From an uncultured Gemmatimonadaceae bacterium (GTDB taxonomy: Bacteria > Gemmatimonadota > Gemmatimonadetes > Gemmatimonadales > Gemmatimonadaceae): DNA of 64,000 bases. Position 1 is the first letter of the stretch. Each line of letters starts with the position of its first letter. Both the position numbers and the translations under genes were made by a program. This document shows positions 40,281 to 50,688 of this stretch, piece by piece. The notes below the pieces were generated by a model. It had not been told where the DNA came from. It searched no databases and saw only the letters and a program-made list of their open reading frames with translations. The stretch is taken from positions 320,001 to 384,000 of the forward strand of contig CAWAGQ010000008.1 in the NCBI GenBank assembly GCA_963781585.1, written 5' to 3'.

Positions 40281-40414
40281 GCCGAGACGGGACCCGGCCT
40301 GGCCGGTCGTTCGGCTGCGGTGCGGGGTGGGCGAGCGCCAAGCCAAACCGGGTGCGCGCGATCGCCGGGACGACTTGGCGAGGTGCGTGGGGGCTGGTTA
40401 CGTTTCTCGCCTCC

Positions 40415-40487
40415 GGCTAGGTAGCTCAGTTGGTAGAGCAGCGGACTGAAAATCCGTGTGTCGGCAGTTCGATTCTGCCCCTAGCCA
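40415..40487 (+). tRNA. tRNA-Phe(GAA), CCA not encoded
   Basis: Acceptor GGCTAGG/CCTAGCC, D-arm AGCTCAGTTGGTAGAGC, anticodon loop CTGAAAA, TTCGA T-loop. Confidence 0.97.
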
Positions 40488-41091
40488 CTCCTCGAGCAGC
40501 CCGTCGGACGGTCCGATGGAGCCGTGCGCCCGCGGTCATGGTGGTGCCAACTGACTGAGGGCCGCGCGTCCTGGGCCGCGATCCGCGGACGAGGTGTGGC
40601 GCGCACATGCCCGGTGGTGGAACTGGAAGGACATCCGCGGCCGGTGCCAATCGAGAGAGACATCGCTGCGAGAGCGCCGGCGCGGGGGAAAAGCCTCGCG
40701 CAATACCTAACGTGGGTCGAGCAGGGAGCGCCTCGCAGCATGGGGTTCTGGCCGTTCCGCCCCGGATCGTCGGCATCACGTCCGCGTGTCTCGCGACATC
40801 GAGGGAACGCGGTGGAGGCCCGGGTCAGATGGGGAAGGCGGTGAAACGGTTTGTGGGGCAGCTGGGGCAACCGTGACTGAACTGACTGGCCCGCACGTCG
40901 ATCGGGCTGGTCCCGATCGAGCCTCCGTGCCGCTCGCTCACGCTGCGGGAAGCGCCGCCAATCCGGTGTCCGGCGGCACGCCGGGCCGGGTTCGAGGCGC
41001 CCGATCCGTCCACCCGCCAACGTGGTAACCGATTGTGCGCGAGGCCGCTGGTTGCACATGATTATCGCAGAGTGAGAATATTGCACGGCCG

Positions 41092-42363
41092 ATGGCTCAC
41101 ACCCTGCACATGAAGTTGCCACCGTTGCGGTCAAGTTCCTCGCCGGTGGAGGTCCGTGATCCCAGAGTCCACGCCTTTCACCGGGCGCTGGCGTCGTTTC
41201 CCGCGGCGTTGTTCCAGTTCGACCCGCGGATGCGCGACGGGTGGTACACCGACCGGTATTTCGTACGGACGGCGGAAACGATTGCCCTGAACGGGGGTGA
41301 TCCGGTGGTGACGATGCAGGTGTTCGCCAAGCAGTACGGCGTGATCGCCGGTCTCTACGAGGCGATTCGCATGGTGCAGACCCAGCTGGCTCCGCATCCC
41401 GTGAGCGGCCAAGTGCATGCACCCGAGGATTTCACGATTGACGCGCTCATGGATGGCGACGCGGTCGCCCCGTTCGAGACAGCGCTGGTCATCAGCGGAC
41501 CGTACCTGGCCTACGCGCACCTGGAGACTGATTATCTCGGTGTTCTCGCCCGCCGGTCGCTGGTGGCGTCGAATGTGCGACGTGTCATCGATGCGGCGAA
41601 CGGAAAGCCAGTGATCTTCATGGGTGCGAGGCACGATGACTGGCGGGTGCAGACTCCCGACGGGTACGCTGCGCGGGTGGGTGGTGCCGGCAGCGTGTCG
41701 AGTGATGCGGGTGGAGCGTGGTGGGGCGCCTCGGGCGTCGGCACCATGCCGCACGCGATGATCGCGGCTTTTCGTGGCGACACGGTGGCGGCGACCCTGG
41801 CATTCGCTCACTATTGCCGGCAAGTGGAACCGGATGTGCGGGTCGTGAGTCTCGTCGACTATGCGAATGATGTGGTGGGTGATGCCCTGGCTGTAGCGCG
41901 GGCGATGCGCGACACCTTCAAGGCTGGGTCGCTCGCCGCAGTCCGGGTAGACACGAGCGAGAGTCTGGTGGACGTGTCCCTCGCTGAAGAAGCATCGCGG
42001 CGAGGTCCCGAGGGACTACTCGGGGTGAATCCGAAACTCGTCAGGCAGCTGCGTTCGGCGCTCGACGGCGCGGGCTTTCCGGATGTGGGGATCATCGTCT
42101 CGGGCGGGTTCACCCCGGCGAAGATTCGCCGCTTCGAGAAGGAAGGTGTTCCGGTTACCGGATATGGTATCGGGTCCAGCCTTCTCGGCCACAACGACGG
42201 CGTGGTGGACGGATTACTGAACGATTTCGACTTCACTGCGGATGTGGTTGCGGTCGACGGCCAACCGGAGAGCAAGGCGGGGCGGGGACGATCGCCCAAT
42301 CCACGCCTGATCCGATTGGATCCCGGCCTGCTCAACGAGATCGAGCGCCAAGGCGTGGCATGA
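41092..42363 (+). CDS. pncB: Nicotinate phosphoribosyltransferase
   Basis: YTDRYF, HLETDYLG, ARH, GTMPHAMI, VRVDTS, VSGGF, GIGS. Confidence 0.85.
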   Translation: MAHTLHMKLPPLRSSSSPVEVRDPRVHAFHRALASFPAALFQFDPRMRDGWYTDRYFVRTAETIALNGGDPVVTMQVFAKQYGVIAGLYEAIRMVQTQLAPHPVSGQVHAPEDFTIDALMDGDAVAPFETALVISGPYLAYAHLETDYLGVLARRSLVASNVRRVIDAANGKPVIFMGARHDDWRVQTPDGYAARVGGAGSVSSDAGGAWWGASGVGTMPHAMIAAFRGDTVAATLAFAHYCRQVEPDVRVVSLVDYANDVVGDALAVARAMRDTFKAGSLAAVRVDTSESLVDVSLAEEASRRGPEGLLGVNPKLVRQLRSALDGAGFPDVGIIVSGGFTPAKIRRFEKEGVPVTGYGIGSSLLGHNDGVVDGLLNDFDFTADVVAVDGQPESKAGRGRSPNPRLIRLDPGLLNEIERQGVA

Positions 42364-42797
42364 AGTCAGAGGCGCGATCAGGGGGACCTGCGCCGGGTTG
42401 GCTGGGTGGTGGATGTGCAGAATAACTTCATGCAGCCGTCGGGACGGCTCTATGTGCACCACCTGTCGGATGCGCGTGATCCCGGTGCGACACTTGTTGT
42501 GGCCGCGATCGAGCGAGCAATGACCTGGATGCGAGCTCATTGCGCGGTGACGGTATTCACCGGCGACTGGCACAGCCACGGGGATCGCGAGATCGATCCG
42601 GGCATCCTGATGGGACCCGTGGCACGAGTATGCGTGAAGTCAGCCGTGGAGGGGCTGCTGGATCGGCGGTTTCGAGTGCGGGTAGTGCCTGACGCCACAT
42701 GGGGCTGGGGCTGCCGGGTTGGGACGAGACATTCGGGCTCCGGGAGCAGCCTGGCGCCGCGCTCACGCCCGTGGCGCAACTGGAGCCTAACGATTGA
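42360..42797 (+). pseudogene. Nicotinamidase/isochorismatase (pncA-like) pseudogene
   Basis: VVDVQNNF, TGDWH and VCV..AV.GLL...VVPDA present; coupled ATG 42360 is out of frame, the PxHC/Lys segment is deleted, second frameshift near 42705. Confidence 0.75.
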
Positions 42798-42884
42798 GTC
42801 AGCTCCACCAACGGCCTGGTGCTCGGGCGGACACGGCCCCACCGGCTCCCCGATGTGCGACGCCTGACTCTGATTCCCGGAAGC

Positions 42885-43478
42885 TCAGAAGGTGATCGCG
42901 ATACGCAGGCCGTTGCGTGGTCCGGGAAGGAGCGACACTCGTCGCGGCAGCGGAACACCGACCCACTGTTCCGCGCGAAATCGCGAGCCGATAAATCCAC
43001 CAATGACGGCTCCAGCCAGCGCACCCAGTCCGGCTGTCAATGGCCGGCTGTACTTTCGCGAGGTGTCAGAGGGCGTGAAGGACGCCGCAAAGAGCAGCCC
43101 GCCCGCGGCACCGCCGGCAGCGCCAATGACGGCGCCGCGTCGAATCAACGGGCCGTACGAGCGCCGCTGTCCGATGCTGGTCTCGATACGCTGTACCTGG
43201 TCGAGCGTGACGGACCAAAGGCCTCGACCGGCGCCTTCTTCGACCAGCACCAGGGTATCGGCGCGCATCTCGACGTAGTTGGCAACAAGGGGCGTGACAA
43301 AAACGGTGGCATGCACCCGTACACGCGCCCCGGGAACGAGCGGTGTGCCGCCTGGGGCGACAGGGTCCCCCTGCTGCGCAAGTGCACGGTGGACAGGCAC
43401 CGCGAGGCACACGGCCGCCATCACTAAGGCTTGCAGACGCAAAAGGTTAGTCCTCGGCAGCGATCGACTCGGAGACAC
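42885..43478 (-). CDS. Hypothetical exported protein with glycine-zipper helices
   Basis: Signal peptide; GAVIGAAGGAAGG and GLGALAGAVIGG. Confidence 0.7.
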   Translation of the reverse strand: MSPSRSLPRTNLLRLQALVMAAVCLAVPVHRALAQQGDPVAPGGTPLVPGARVRVHATVFVTPLVANYVEMRADTLVLVEEGAGRGLWSVTLDQVQRIETSIGQRRSYGPLIRRGAVIGAAGGAAGGLLFAASFTPSDTSRKYSRPLTAGLGALAGAVIGGFIGSRFRAEQWVGVPLPRRVSLLPGPRNGLRIAITF

Positions 43479-43830
43479 ACACGCGGGGCCTACCGCGAAT
43501 AGTAAACCGTGTACATGTCAAATCGTGGTGGCCAGCAATCCGTACTAGGACGGTCCAACTCCCTGGAGCGTAATTGCGGCTGCCTCATCGCGCCCGGGCC
43601 ACGACAGTGGTGCGGACCAATCCGGCCGCCGGGACATCCGTCTCGTATCCCACGGTACTAGCAGCATGCCGCGAACTCGAGAACCGCCACCGACGGCGCC
43701 AACCATGACGGGGCTGGAATGGAGCTGGACCGACGCCCCTGGATATTGAAACGTAAACCTGCCAGCCGGCGAGTGCCGGACAAGTGACCGGTGCGCAGTT
43801 CACGATGGTGTGCCCGAACACAGGTGCCCG

Positions 43831-43875
43831 CGCACACATGCTCGCGCACACATGCTCGCGCACACATGCTCGCGC
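43831..43875. repeat. Tandem repeat, 3 x 14 bp CGCACACATGCTCG
   Basis: Three exact head-to-tail copies in intergenic DNA. Confidence 0.95.
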
Positions 43876-44083
43876 GAACCGGCCTGGTGAGAATCCGCCG
43901 AAGTGCGGGACGTACGAGCGGATGAAGTCCACTGTCCAGCCTTAAGTGGACGGCTGATTCCACGCTCCTCACCGGATGGCATCGCAGTGTGCAGCGCGAA
44001 CTCGCCTCATGATTGGTGTGCGGGCCGTGATCGCTCTAACTTGGGTTGACCAGAATCGCTCTCAGCCCCCGGATCCAGAAGAC

Positions 44084-45403
44084 ATGGCCTCGCTCCACGC
44101 GCTTACCGACGTTCGGACGATTGTCGAACAACAGCCTGCCAGCCCCGGCGACGTGGCACCGGTTGCCGGGTCCCTGGAAGGGTCGGAGATCCTGAGAATT
44201 GCGGCCGACGTCCGTGCTCGCATCGCGGCAGGCGAGCGGGTCTGCAACCTCACCGTCGGCGACTTCGATCCGCGCCAGTTCCGGATTCCGAAGGTACTCG
44301 AAGACGAGACGATCGAGGCACTTCAGCAGGGACAAACCAACTACCCACCCTCGCCGGGAATGCCGGTGTTGAGAGAGGCCGTAGCCACCTTCTACGAGCG
44401 TGAGCTCGGACTCCGATATCCGGTGGACTCGATTCTGATCACCGCGGGGTCGCGCCCGGGTGTGTACGGCACCTATCGGACGGTGGTTGGAGAGGGTGAC
44501 CGGGTGGTCTACGGAGTCCCATCCTGGAACAACAACTACTACTGCCATATGGCGTGTGCCGCCGAGGTCCCGGTCCCATGCGAGCCAGCGGCCGCATTCC
44601 TGCCGTCACGGGAACGACTCGAGCCAGCTTTGCGTGGGGCCAGAATGCTGGCGCTCAATTCGCCGTTGAACCCCTGTGGCACCGCATACGACGCGGAAAC
44701 GTTAGGCGACATCTGTGACCTGGTTCTGGAGGAAAACGTCCGGCGCGCTCCGGGCGAGAGGCCTCTGTATGTGCTGTACGATCAGGTGTACTGGCAGCTC
44801 ACGTTCGGTACCACGCGGCATGTCGATCCAGTGTCGCTACGCCCCGAGATGGCGCGGTACACGGTGTACGTTGACGGGATCTCCAAAGCGTTTGCCGCCA
44901 CCGGCATGCGGGTGGGCTGGGTGATCGGGCCGAAGCACGTCATCGGCGTGATGAACAACGTGCTGGGACACATCGGCACATGGGCGCCGCGTGCCGAGCA
45001 GATAGCCACAGCGCGATTGCTGGGGTCGCCCGAGGCAATCGCAGAGTTCCGCGCACAGCTCGTAGCTGGCGTGCAGGCCCGCCTGGACCGGCTCTTCCGG
45101 GGCATTCGCGAGCTTTGCCGGGCGGGACACCCGGTTGACGCCATCGAGCCGATGGGTGCGATCTACCTCAGCGCGAAAATCGACCTGATCGGCAGGACTA
45201 CGCGTGAGGGTGTGCCCCTCCGGTCCAGCGACGATATCCAGGGGTGGCTGCTCCGGGAGGCCGGACTGGCCGTGGTTCCATTCAGTGCGTTCGGTGCGCG
45301 TGACAAGAAGGCCTGGTTCCGGCTGTCTGTAGGATCGGTTTCGCCAGCCGAAATCGAGGCCGCGCTTAGGCGACTTCATGCTGGTCTCGAATCCCTTCGC
45401 TAA
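44084..45403 (+). CDS. PLP-dependent aminotransferase class I/II
   Basis: NSPLNPCG, YDQVY, GISKAFAATGMRVGW, WFRLS. Confidence 0.93.
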   Translation: MASLHALTDVRTIVEQQPASPGDVAPVAGSLEGSEILRIAADVRARIAAGERVCNLTVGDFDPRQFRIPKVLEDETIEALQQGQTNYPPSPGMPVLREAVATFYERELGLRYPVDSILITAGSRPGVYGTYRTVVGEGDRVVYGVPSWNNNYYCHMACAAEVPVPCEPAAAFLPSRERLEPALRGARMLALNSPLNPCGTAYDAETLGDICDLVLEENVRRAPGERPLYVLYDQVYWQLTFGTTRHVDPVSLRPEMARYTVYVDGISKAFAATGMRVGWVIGPKHVIGVMNNVLGHIGTWAPRAEQIATARLLGSPEAIAEFRAQLVAGVQARLDRLFRGIRELCRAGHPVDAIEPMGAIYLSAKIDLIGRTTREGVPLRSSDDIQGWLLREAGLAVVPFSAFGARDKKAWFRLSVGSVSPAEIEAALRRLHAGLESLR

Positions 45404-45467
45404 CGCCCCCCCGAACCTGGTCCGTTCGCAAGCGCGGCGGCTCTCATGGCGAGTTCACAAAGGAGAA

Positions 45468-46067
45468 ATGTCAATGTCCAGACGGTCTTTAGCTGCGGCC
45501 TGCGTGGGGGCGCTCGCGCTGACGGGCGCGCCGATCGCCGCTCAGAGTGCGCGCATTCCGCCGCGCGACGAACAGATCGCGGCCGCGGTTCTGCCGTTGC
45601 CCCCCCAACTTCGGGCGCCGGCGACAGTGCTGGGATACAGTTCCAATGGAAAGTTGATCGTGCTACGGAAGGGCACGGGAGACATGACCTGCCTCGCCCA
45701 CAATCCGAACGAGAAGAGCTTCCACGTCGCGTGCTATCACAATTCACTCGAGCCGTTCATGGCGCGCGGCCGAGCACTGCGAGACCAAGGTGTGAAGGAC
45801 CCCCAAGTTGACACCGTGCGATTTGCCGAGGCGAAGTCGGGGAAGCTGAAGCTCCCTTCAGGGCCGGCGAGCCTGTACCAGCTTTTCGGTGGCACCTTTG
45901 ATCCGAAAACGGGCACTGTGACGGGGGCTCAGGCCTTGTACGTGGTCTACATCCCTTATGCCACCGGTGCCACCACCGGCTTATCGGAGCGGCCTATCGA
46001 GGGCGGACCGTGGCTCATGTATCCAGGCACTCCCAAGGCTCACATCATGTACACGCCGAAGATGTGA
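45468..46067 (+). CDS. Hypothetical exported protein
   Basis: SD AAGGAG, signal peptide, PWLMYPGTPKAHIM C-terminus. Confidence 0.75.
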   Translation: MSMSRRSLAAACVGALALTGAPIAAQSARIPPRDEQIAAAVLPLPPQLRAPATVLGYSSNGKLIVLRKGTGDMTCLAHNPNEKSFHVACYHNSLEPFMARGRALRDQGVKDPQVDTVRFAEAKSGKLKLPSGPASLYQLFGGTFDPKTGTVTGAQALYVVYIPYATGATTGLSERPIEGGPWLMYPGTPKAHIMYTPKM

Positions 46068-46241
46068 GTTTGGTTGACATTACTGTTGAAACACTTTACG
46101 TGATAGTGAGTTAGACGATACTCCCGCCGAGTTTGTGCAAACAGCGTCGCTCAGTCCGTGGCTGGGTGACGCTGTCGCTTATTCAGATGATGCTGTCGCG
46201 ATAGCGTCGGATTGCGTTCCTGGGCACACGATTCTAGCGTT

Positions 46242-46261
46242 ATATCCGGATATAGCGATAG
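46242..46261. promoter_or_regulatory. Candidate SahR-type operator
   Basis: ATATC-CGGATATAGC-GATAG imperfect 20-bp dyad directly before the regulator start. Confidence 0.5.
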
Positions 46262-46262
46262 A

Positions 46263-47201
46263 ATGTCAGCACGACCTCTCGTACACGACCACCTCAGCAC
46301 ACTGGCCGAGCCGACTCGGGGGCGGGTTCTGCTTACGCTCGAGAGCCAGGAACTCACCGTCAGCGAGCTCTGCTCGGTTCTGCGACTTCCACAGTCGACG
46401 GTGAGTCGACACCTCCGCGTGCTCGGCGATGAGGAATGGATCGTCTCACGCCAAGAGGGCACGAGCAGGTACTACGCACTAAGTCCCGGCCTCGACGGCG
46501 GTGCCAGGCGGCTGTGGGAAGTGGTGCGCGACGATCTACGAGACAGCCGGGCGGCGGTGCAGGATCGGCAACGGCTGGAGCGGGTGCGTGACGGACGAAG
46601 TGCAAAGTCTCGTGCGTTCTTCGCCAAATCGGCGTCACGCTGGGATTCCATGCGGGCCGAGCTCTATGGTGATCGAGCCGATCTCATCGCCCTGTTCGGA
46701 TTGCTGAATGACCAGTGGGTGGTAGGCGACCTTGGCTGCGGAACCGGGAGATTGAGCGAAGTGCTGGCTCCCTATGTGTCGCGTGTCGTGGCGGTTGACG
46801 CCTCGCCGGAAATGCTGTCGGGAGCCCGCCTCCGACTCGCGCCATACCAGAATGTGGATTTGCGTGGCGGCGAGTTGGAGGCGCTGCCGATCGATTCAGC
46901 GTCGCTGGACGCGGCGGTACTTTCGCTCGTGCTTCACCATACGGTGGATCCGGTACGCGTGCTCGCCGAGGCTCAGCGTGTGGTGCGTGCCGGGGGCCGG
47001 CTGCTGATTGTGGACATGCTTCCGCACGATCATGAGGAGTATCGGCAGCAGATGGGGCACGTGTGGCTCGGGTTCGCGGAGGGCCAGGTTCAAGAGTGGC
47101 TGCACGATACTGGATTCACGAGCGCGATCATACGACGTCTGACGGCCGATTCAGCCGCAAAGGGCCCCGCGCTATTTGCCGCGTCGGCACGCCGAACGTG
47201 A
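46263..47201 (+). CDS. ArsR HTH + SAM-methyltransferase regulator (SahR-like)
   Basis: LPQSTVSRHLRVL ArsR helix; DLGCGTG; LHH; HVWLGF; upstream of ahcY. Confidence 0.9.
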   Translation: MSARPLVHDHLSTLAEPTRGRVLLTLESQELTVSELCSVLRLPQSTVSRHLRVLGDEEWIVSRQEGTSRYYALSPGLDGGARRLWEVVRDDLRDSRAAVQDRQRLERVRDGRSAKSRAFFAKSASRWDSMRAELYGDRADLIALFGLLNDQWVVGDLGCGTGRLSEVLAPYVSRVVAVDASPEMLSGARLRLAPYQNVDLRGGELEALPIDSASLDAAVLSLVLHHTVDPVRVLAEAQRVVRAGGRLLIVDMLPHDHEEYRQQMGHVWLGFAEGQVQEWLHDTGFTSAIIRRLTADSAAKGPALFAASARRT

Positions 47202-47408
47202 GCCCTGTGGTTCGACAGGGTGCTTCATCCTGCATGATCAATACTGGGGCGGGCGAGACCAGATACGCCGCGCGCCCCGGATGAGGCGCAAATCAGAAGA
47301 CAGTGCAGTACGAGGCACCGCCGGAGAACCTGGAGTGAAAAACGCGAGTGTCGAACCGACCAAGTGGAGACGGGAAAGTCGGTCCATAAGACCTGCCGAG
47401 GAAGAGCA

Positions 47409-48893
47409 ATGACCACGACACTTCAAGCGAATGTGAATGCCGCGGACGCGGTGGATCGGCCTCCCTTCAAGGTCAGGGACCTGGCCCTGGCGGAGTGGGG
47501 GCGGAAGGAGATTCGGCTTGCCGAGCACGAGATGCCGGGTCTGATGGCGATTCGATCGGAGTACCGCGATCGCAGGCCGCTCGCAGGCGCGCGGATCATG
47601 GGTTCCCTGCATATGACGGTTCAGACCGCGGTGTTGATTGAGACGCTGGTCGAGCTGGGTGCGGAGGTTCGCTGGGTTTCGTGCAACATCTTCTCGACGC
47701 AGGATCACGCGGCGGCGGCAGCTGCTGTTGGACCGGAGGGCACACCGGACAGTCCGCGCGGTGTTGCGGTATTTGCGTGGAAGGGGGAGACGCTCGAGGA
47801 ATACTGGTGGTGCACGGAACAGGCGTTGATGTGGCCGGACGGGGGTGGTCCGAACCTGCTACTGGACGATGGGGGTGACGCCACACTGCTGGTTCACAAG
47901 GGGGCGGAGTTCGAGCGAGCAGGCCGGGTGCCGAGCTTCAATGCCGCGGTGGAACCTGAAGAGTGGGGCGTGATTCTGGATCTGCTGAGCAAGGAACAGC
48001 GATTGCGTCCCGGCCGCTGGACAGAGGTCGTGGCGGGGATTCGCGGAGTCTCGGAAGAGACGACAACTGGCGTTCACCGGCTGTACGAAATGATGCGTGC
48101 GGGAACGCTGCTTTTTCCCGCGATCAACGTGAATGACTCCGTGACGAAGTCCAAGTTCGACAACATCTACGGCTGCCGGCACTCGGTGGTAGATGGACTG
48201 AACCGAGCGACCGATGTGATGATGAGCGGCAAGGTGGTGGTGGTTTGTGGGTATGGCGAAGTGGGGAAGGGATGCGCGCAGGCGCTGCGCGGGCAGGGCG
48301 CCCGGGTGGTGGTGACGGAGATCGACCCGATCTGCGCGTTACAGGCCGCGATGGAAGGATTCGAAGTAACGACCGTGGATGACGTTGTGGATCGCGCCGA
48401 CATCTTCATTACCGCGACGGGCAACAAGAACGTACTCACCGTCGGACACATGCACCGAATGAAGGACAAGGCGATCGTCGGGAACATCGGTCACTTCGAC
48501 AACGAGATCGACATGGCCGGGCTCAAGCGGGTCCCGGGTATTCGGCGGATCAACATCAAGCCGCAGTACGACGAGTGGGAGTTCCCGGATGGCCACGCGG
48601 TGCTGATTCTTGCCGAGGGGCGGCTGCTCAATCTCGGATGCGCGACGGGGCATCCGAGCTTCGTGATGTCGGCGTCATTTTCGAACCAGGTATTGGCGCA
48701 GATGGAGCTGCATCAGCATGCAGACCGGTACAAGCGTGAGGTCTACACGCTCCCGAAGCATCTGGACGAACAGGTGGCACGCCTGCACCTGCCGAAAATC
48801 GGTGCCAAGCTCACGCGTCTGACCGAAGAGCAAGCAGCGTATCTGGGGATTGCCCAGGACGGACCCTTCAAGGCGGATCACTACCGCTACTAG
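47409..48893 (+). CDS. ahcY: Adenosylhomocysteinase
   Basis: [52 protein letters not shown]. Confidence 0.98.
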   Translation: MTTTLQANVNAADAVDRPPFKVRDLALAEWGRKEIRLAEHEMPGLMAIRSEYRDRRPLAGARIMGSLHMTVQTAVLIETLVELGAEVRWVSCNIFSTQDHAAAAAAVGPEGTPDSPRGVAVFAWKGETLEEYWWCTEQALMWPDGGGPNLLLDDGGDATLLVHKGAEFERAGRVPSFNAAVEPEEWGVILDLLSKEQRLRPGRWTEVVAGIRGVSEETTTGVHRLYEMMRAGTLLFPAINVNDSVTKSKFDNIYGCRHSVVDGLNRATDVMMSGKVVVVCGYGEVGKGCAQALRGQGARVVVTEIDPICALQAAMEGFEVTTVDDVVDRADIFITATGNKNVLTVGHMHRMKDKAIVGNIGHFDNEIDMAGLKRVPGIRRINIKPQYDEWEFPDGHAVLILAEGRLLNLGCATGHPSFVMSASFSNQVLAQMELHQHADRYKREVYTLPKHLDEQVARLHLPKIGAKLTRLTEEQAAYLGIAQDGPFKADHYRY

Positions 48894-48895
48894 AC

Positions 48896-49435
48896 CTAGC
48901 GGGGCGTGAGAACGGGGAGGCGGCTTGTAATGGCGGCGAGCGCGTTTGCAAGGCGGGCGGATCCGAGTCCCTGCACTGCGGCTACGGGGGCAGCCAGTCG
49001 CTCCAGCGTTTTCACGAATCCGGCATGGAGTTCCGCGCGCGAGAAGGGGCGATCGCGCACGTCGTCGGCCTCCCAATCGATGTCGGTGTCCAGGAGGAGA
49101 TAGAGATCACCGAGACGCGCGCGTGCAGTGGACATGAGCCATGGCGGAGCCTCAGCGAAGTAGTGCTCGGCGTAGACGATTGTACTCACGAGATCAGTAT
49201 CGTGTACGGCCAGGCCGGACGCAGCTGCGATCACGGTGTCCTCCAGTGCGATCTGGCCGCGCGCGATCGGTTCGATGTCGGCGGCAGTGAGCGTCCTCCC
49301 GACTGACGCCGCGAACTGGCGTGAGTACTCTGGCGACCAGGGTGCGCGGAAGTGATCAGCGAGGAGCCTCGCCAAGGTCGTCTTCCCGGTGCACTCGGAC
49401 CCGGTGACCACGATACGGAGGGGCCGGGCGTTCAT
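48896..49435 (-). CDS. NadR-type nicotinamide riboside kinase-like P-loop protein
   Basis: GSECTGKTT, PEYSR, DTD, WEADDVRD; downstream of pnuC. Confidence 0.88.
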   Translation of the reverse strand: MNARPLRIVVTGSECTGKTTLARLLADHFRAPWSPEYSRQFAASVGRTLTAADIEPIARGQIALEDTVIAAASGLAVHDTDLVSTIVYAEHYFAEAPPWLMSTARARLGDLYLLLDTDIDWEADDVRDRPFSRAELHAGFVKTLERLAAPVAAVQGLGSARLANALAAITSRLPVLTPR

Positions 49436-49478
49436 TGGGCGCGCGGGTTGTTCACCGTTTGCCCCGTGCGCGGCGAGA

Positions 49479-50084
49479 TCAGGCAAGAGCGGGAGCGCTC
49501 TCTTCCTGCGGCTCCACGGTTCGCGCCGTGCGGTACGATCGCAGCCACTGCAGGTGACCCATCGCAGCAAGGGCGAGGAAGGCCGTGTACTGGATGGACG
49601 TGAGGTAGAGGTGCTTCAGCAAGATGAACATCCCGACGTACACGACGTCGAGGAGAATCCAGAGCCCCCAGTTTTCGAGAATCTTCCGCGTCATCATCCA
49701 CTGGGCCACGAGGGAGAAGACAGAAAGGAACGCGTCGAGATACGGAAGCGCCGCGTCGGTGGACCTGCGCAGAAACGTGCCGAGGGCGGCCGACGCGAGG
49801 AATCCAATTGCGGTGAGGACGGCCGCCTGGCGCAGCGCCAGGCGTGAGACATGGAGCTCGCTGCGGTTCTCCCCGCCGTACAGCCACTGGTACCAGCCAT
49901 AGAAGGAAAGGACGAGATACACGACCTGGAGTCCCATGTCGGCATACAGCTTCTCGCGGTGGAAGATCAGCGTGTACAGGCCAACGTTGACTATCGCGGT
50001 GGGCCAGCTCCAGATATTCTCGCGCGTGCCGAGAAAGACGCTGACCAGGCCGAATGCAACGGCGCATATCTCGAGCGGGGACAT
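49479..50084 (-). CDS. pnuC: Nicotinamide riboside transporter PnuC
   Basis: WSWP, YGWYQW, PYLDA, AQW..TRKILENW. Confidence 0.93.
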   Translation of the reverse strand: MSPLEICAVAFGLVSVFLGTRENIWSWPTAIVNVGLYTLIFHREKLYADMGLQVVYLVLSFYGWYQWLYGGENRSELHVSRLALRQAAVLTAIGFLASAALGTFLRRSTDAALPYLDAFLSVFSLVAQWMMTRKILENWGLWILLDVVYVGMFILLKHLYLTSIQYTAFLALAAMGHLQWLRSYRTARTVEPQEESAPALA

Positions 50085-50156
50085 TGTTGCTGGCAGGATT
50101 GTCAGGCGGGCGCGATGCGAAAGTCGTGGAAAGGCGGGGAGGGTGCTGATGTGGGG

Positions 50157-50645
50157 TCAGCGGGGTCCGGTCAGCAGCTGCCGCAGAATGGTTCCGGCGT
50201 GCTGCGCTGAATCCGCGAAGTGAACAGCGGCAGTTGCGTCGAGCCGCCGGAAGAACGAGCGGGTGCCGGCATCGGCAGCCACGAAGACGATCGGACGCCG
50301 AGCTCGCAGGGCGTGGGCGGCCTCGACGGCAGTGCCGGGACTCATTCCGCAGACCGCGAGGGCGTCGCTGGAAAGGACAATAACGTTGTTGCGAGCCTGA
50401 CCCATCGCGGTGACGATGGCCACCGACAGAAAGGGGCTGGCGGCGGCATCGTTTGCATCGGGGAGAATGCCGATCACGGTGCCGCCAGCGGAGCGGGCTC
50501 CCCGACTGGCGGCGTCCATCACGCCGCTGGCTACACCACCGTTCACGACAATCCATCCTTCGCCAGCGGCCAGGGCGCCTAACGTGGCCGCATTTCGCAG
50601 GTCGTCGGGACTGGCGCTCTGGCCCGGCCCAACGATGGCCAGCAC
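50157..50645 (-). CDS. TIGR00725/LOG-like (SLOG) Rossmann-fold protein
   Basis: GG...GVMDAASRGA, GILP, TAMGQARN, GTAVE; start uncertain. Confidence 0.85.
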   Translation of the reverse strand: MLAIVGPGQSASPDDLRNAATLGALAAGEGWIVVNGGVASGVMDAASRGARSAGGTVIGILPDANDAAASPFLSVAIVTAMGQARNNVIVLSSDALAVCGMSPGTAVEAAHALRARRPIVFVAADAGTRSFFRRLDATAAVHFADSAQHAGTILRQLLTGPR

Positions 50646-50688
50646 CGGCGCCCGACCGCGGTCACCCGCGGAACCCGAGGTGGACGCC

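Noticed and set aside
40415..46100. Integrated element at tRNA-Phe
   Set aside because: No integrase or att duplication seen.
47202..47408. SAH or SAM riboswitch upstream of ahcY
   Set aside because: No recognisable consensus; the protein regulator offers an explanation.
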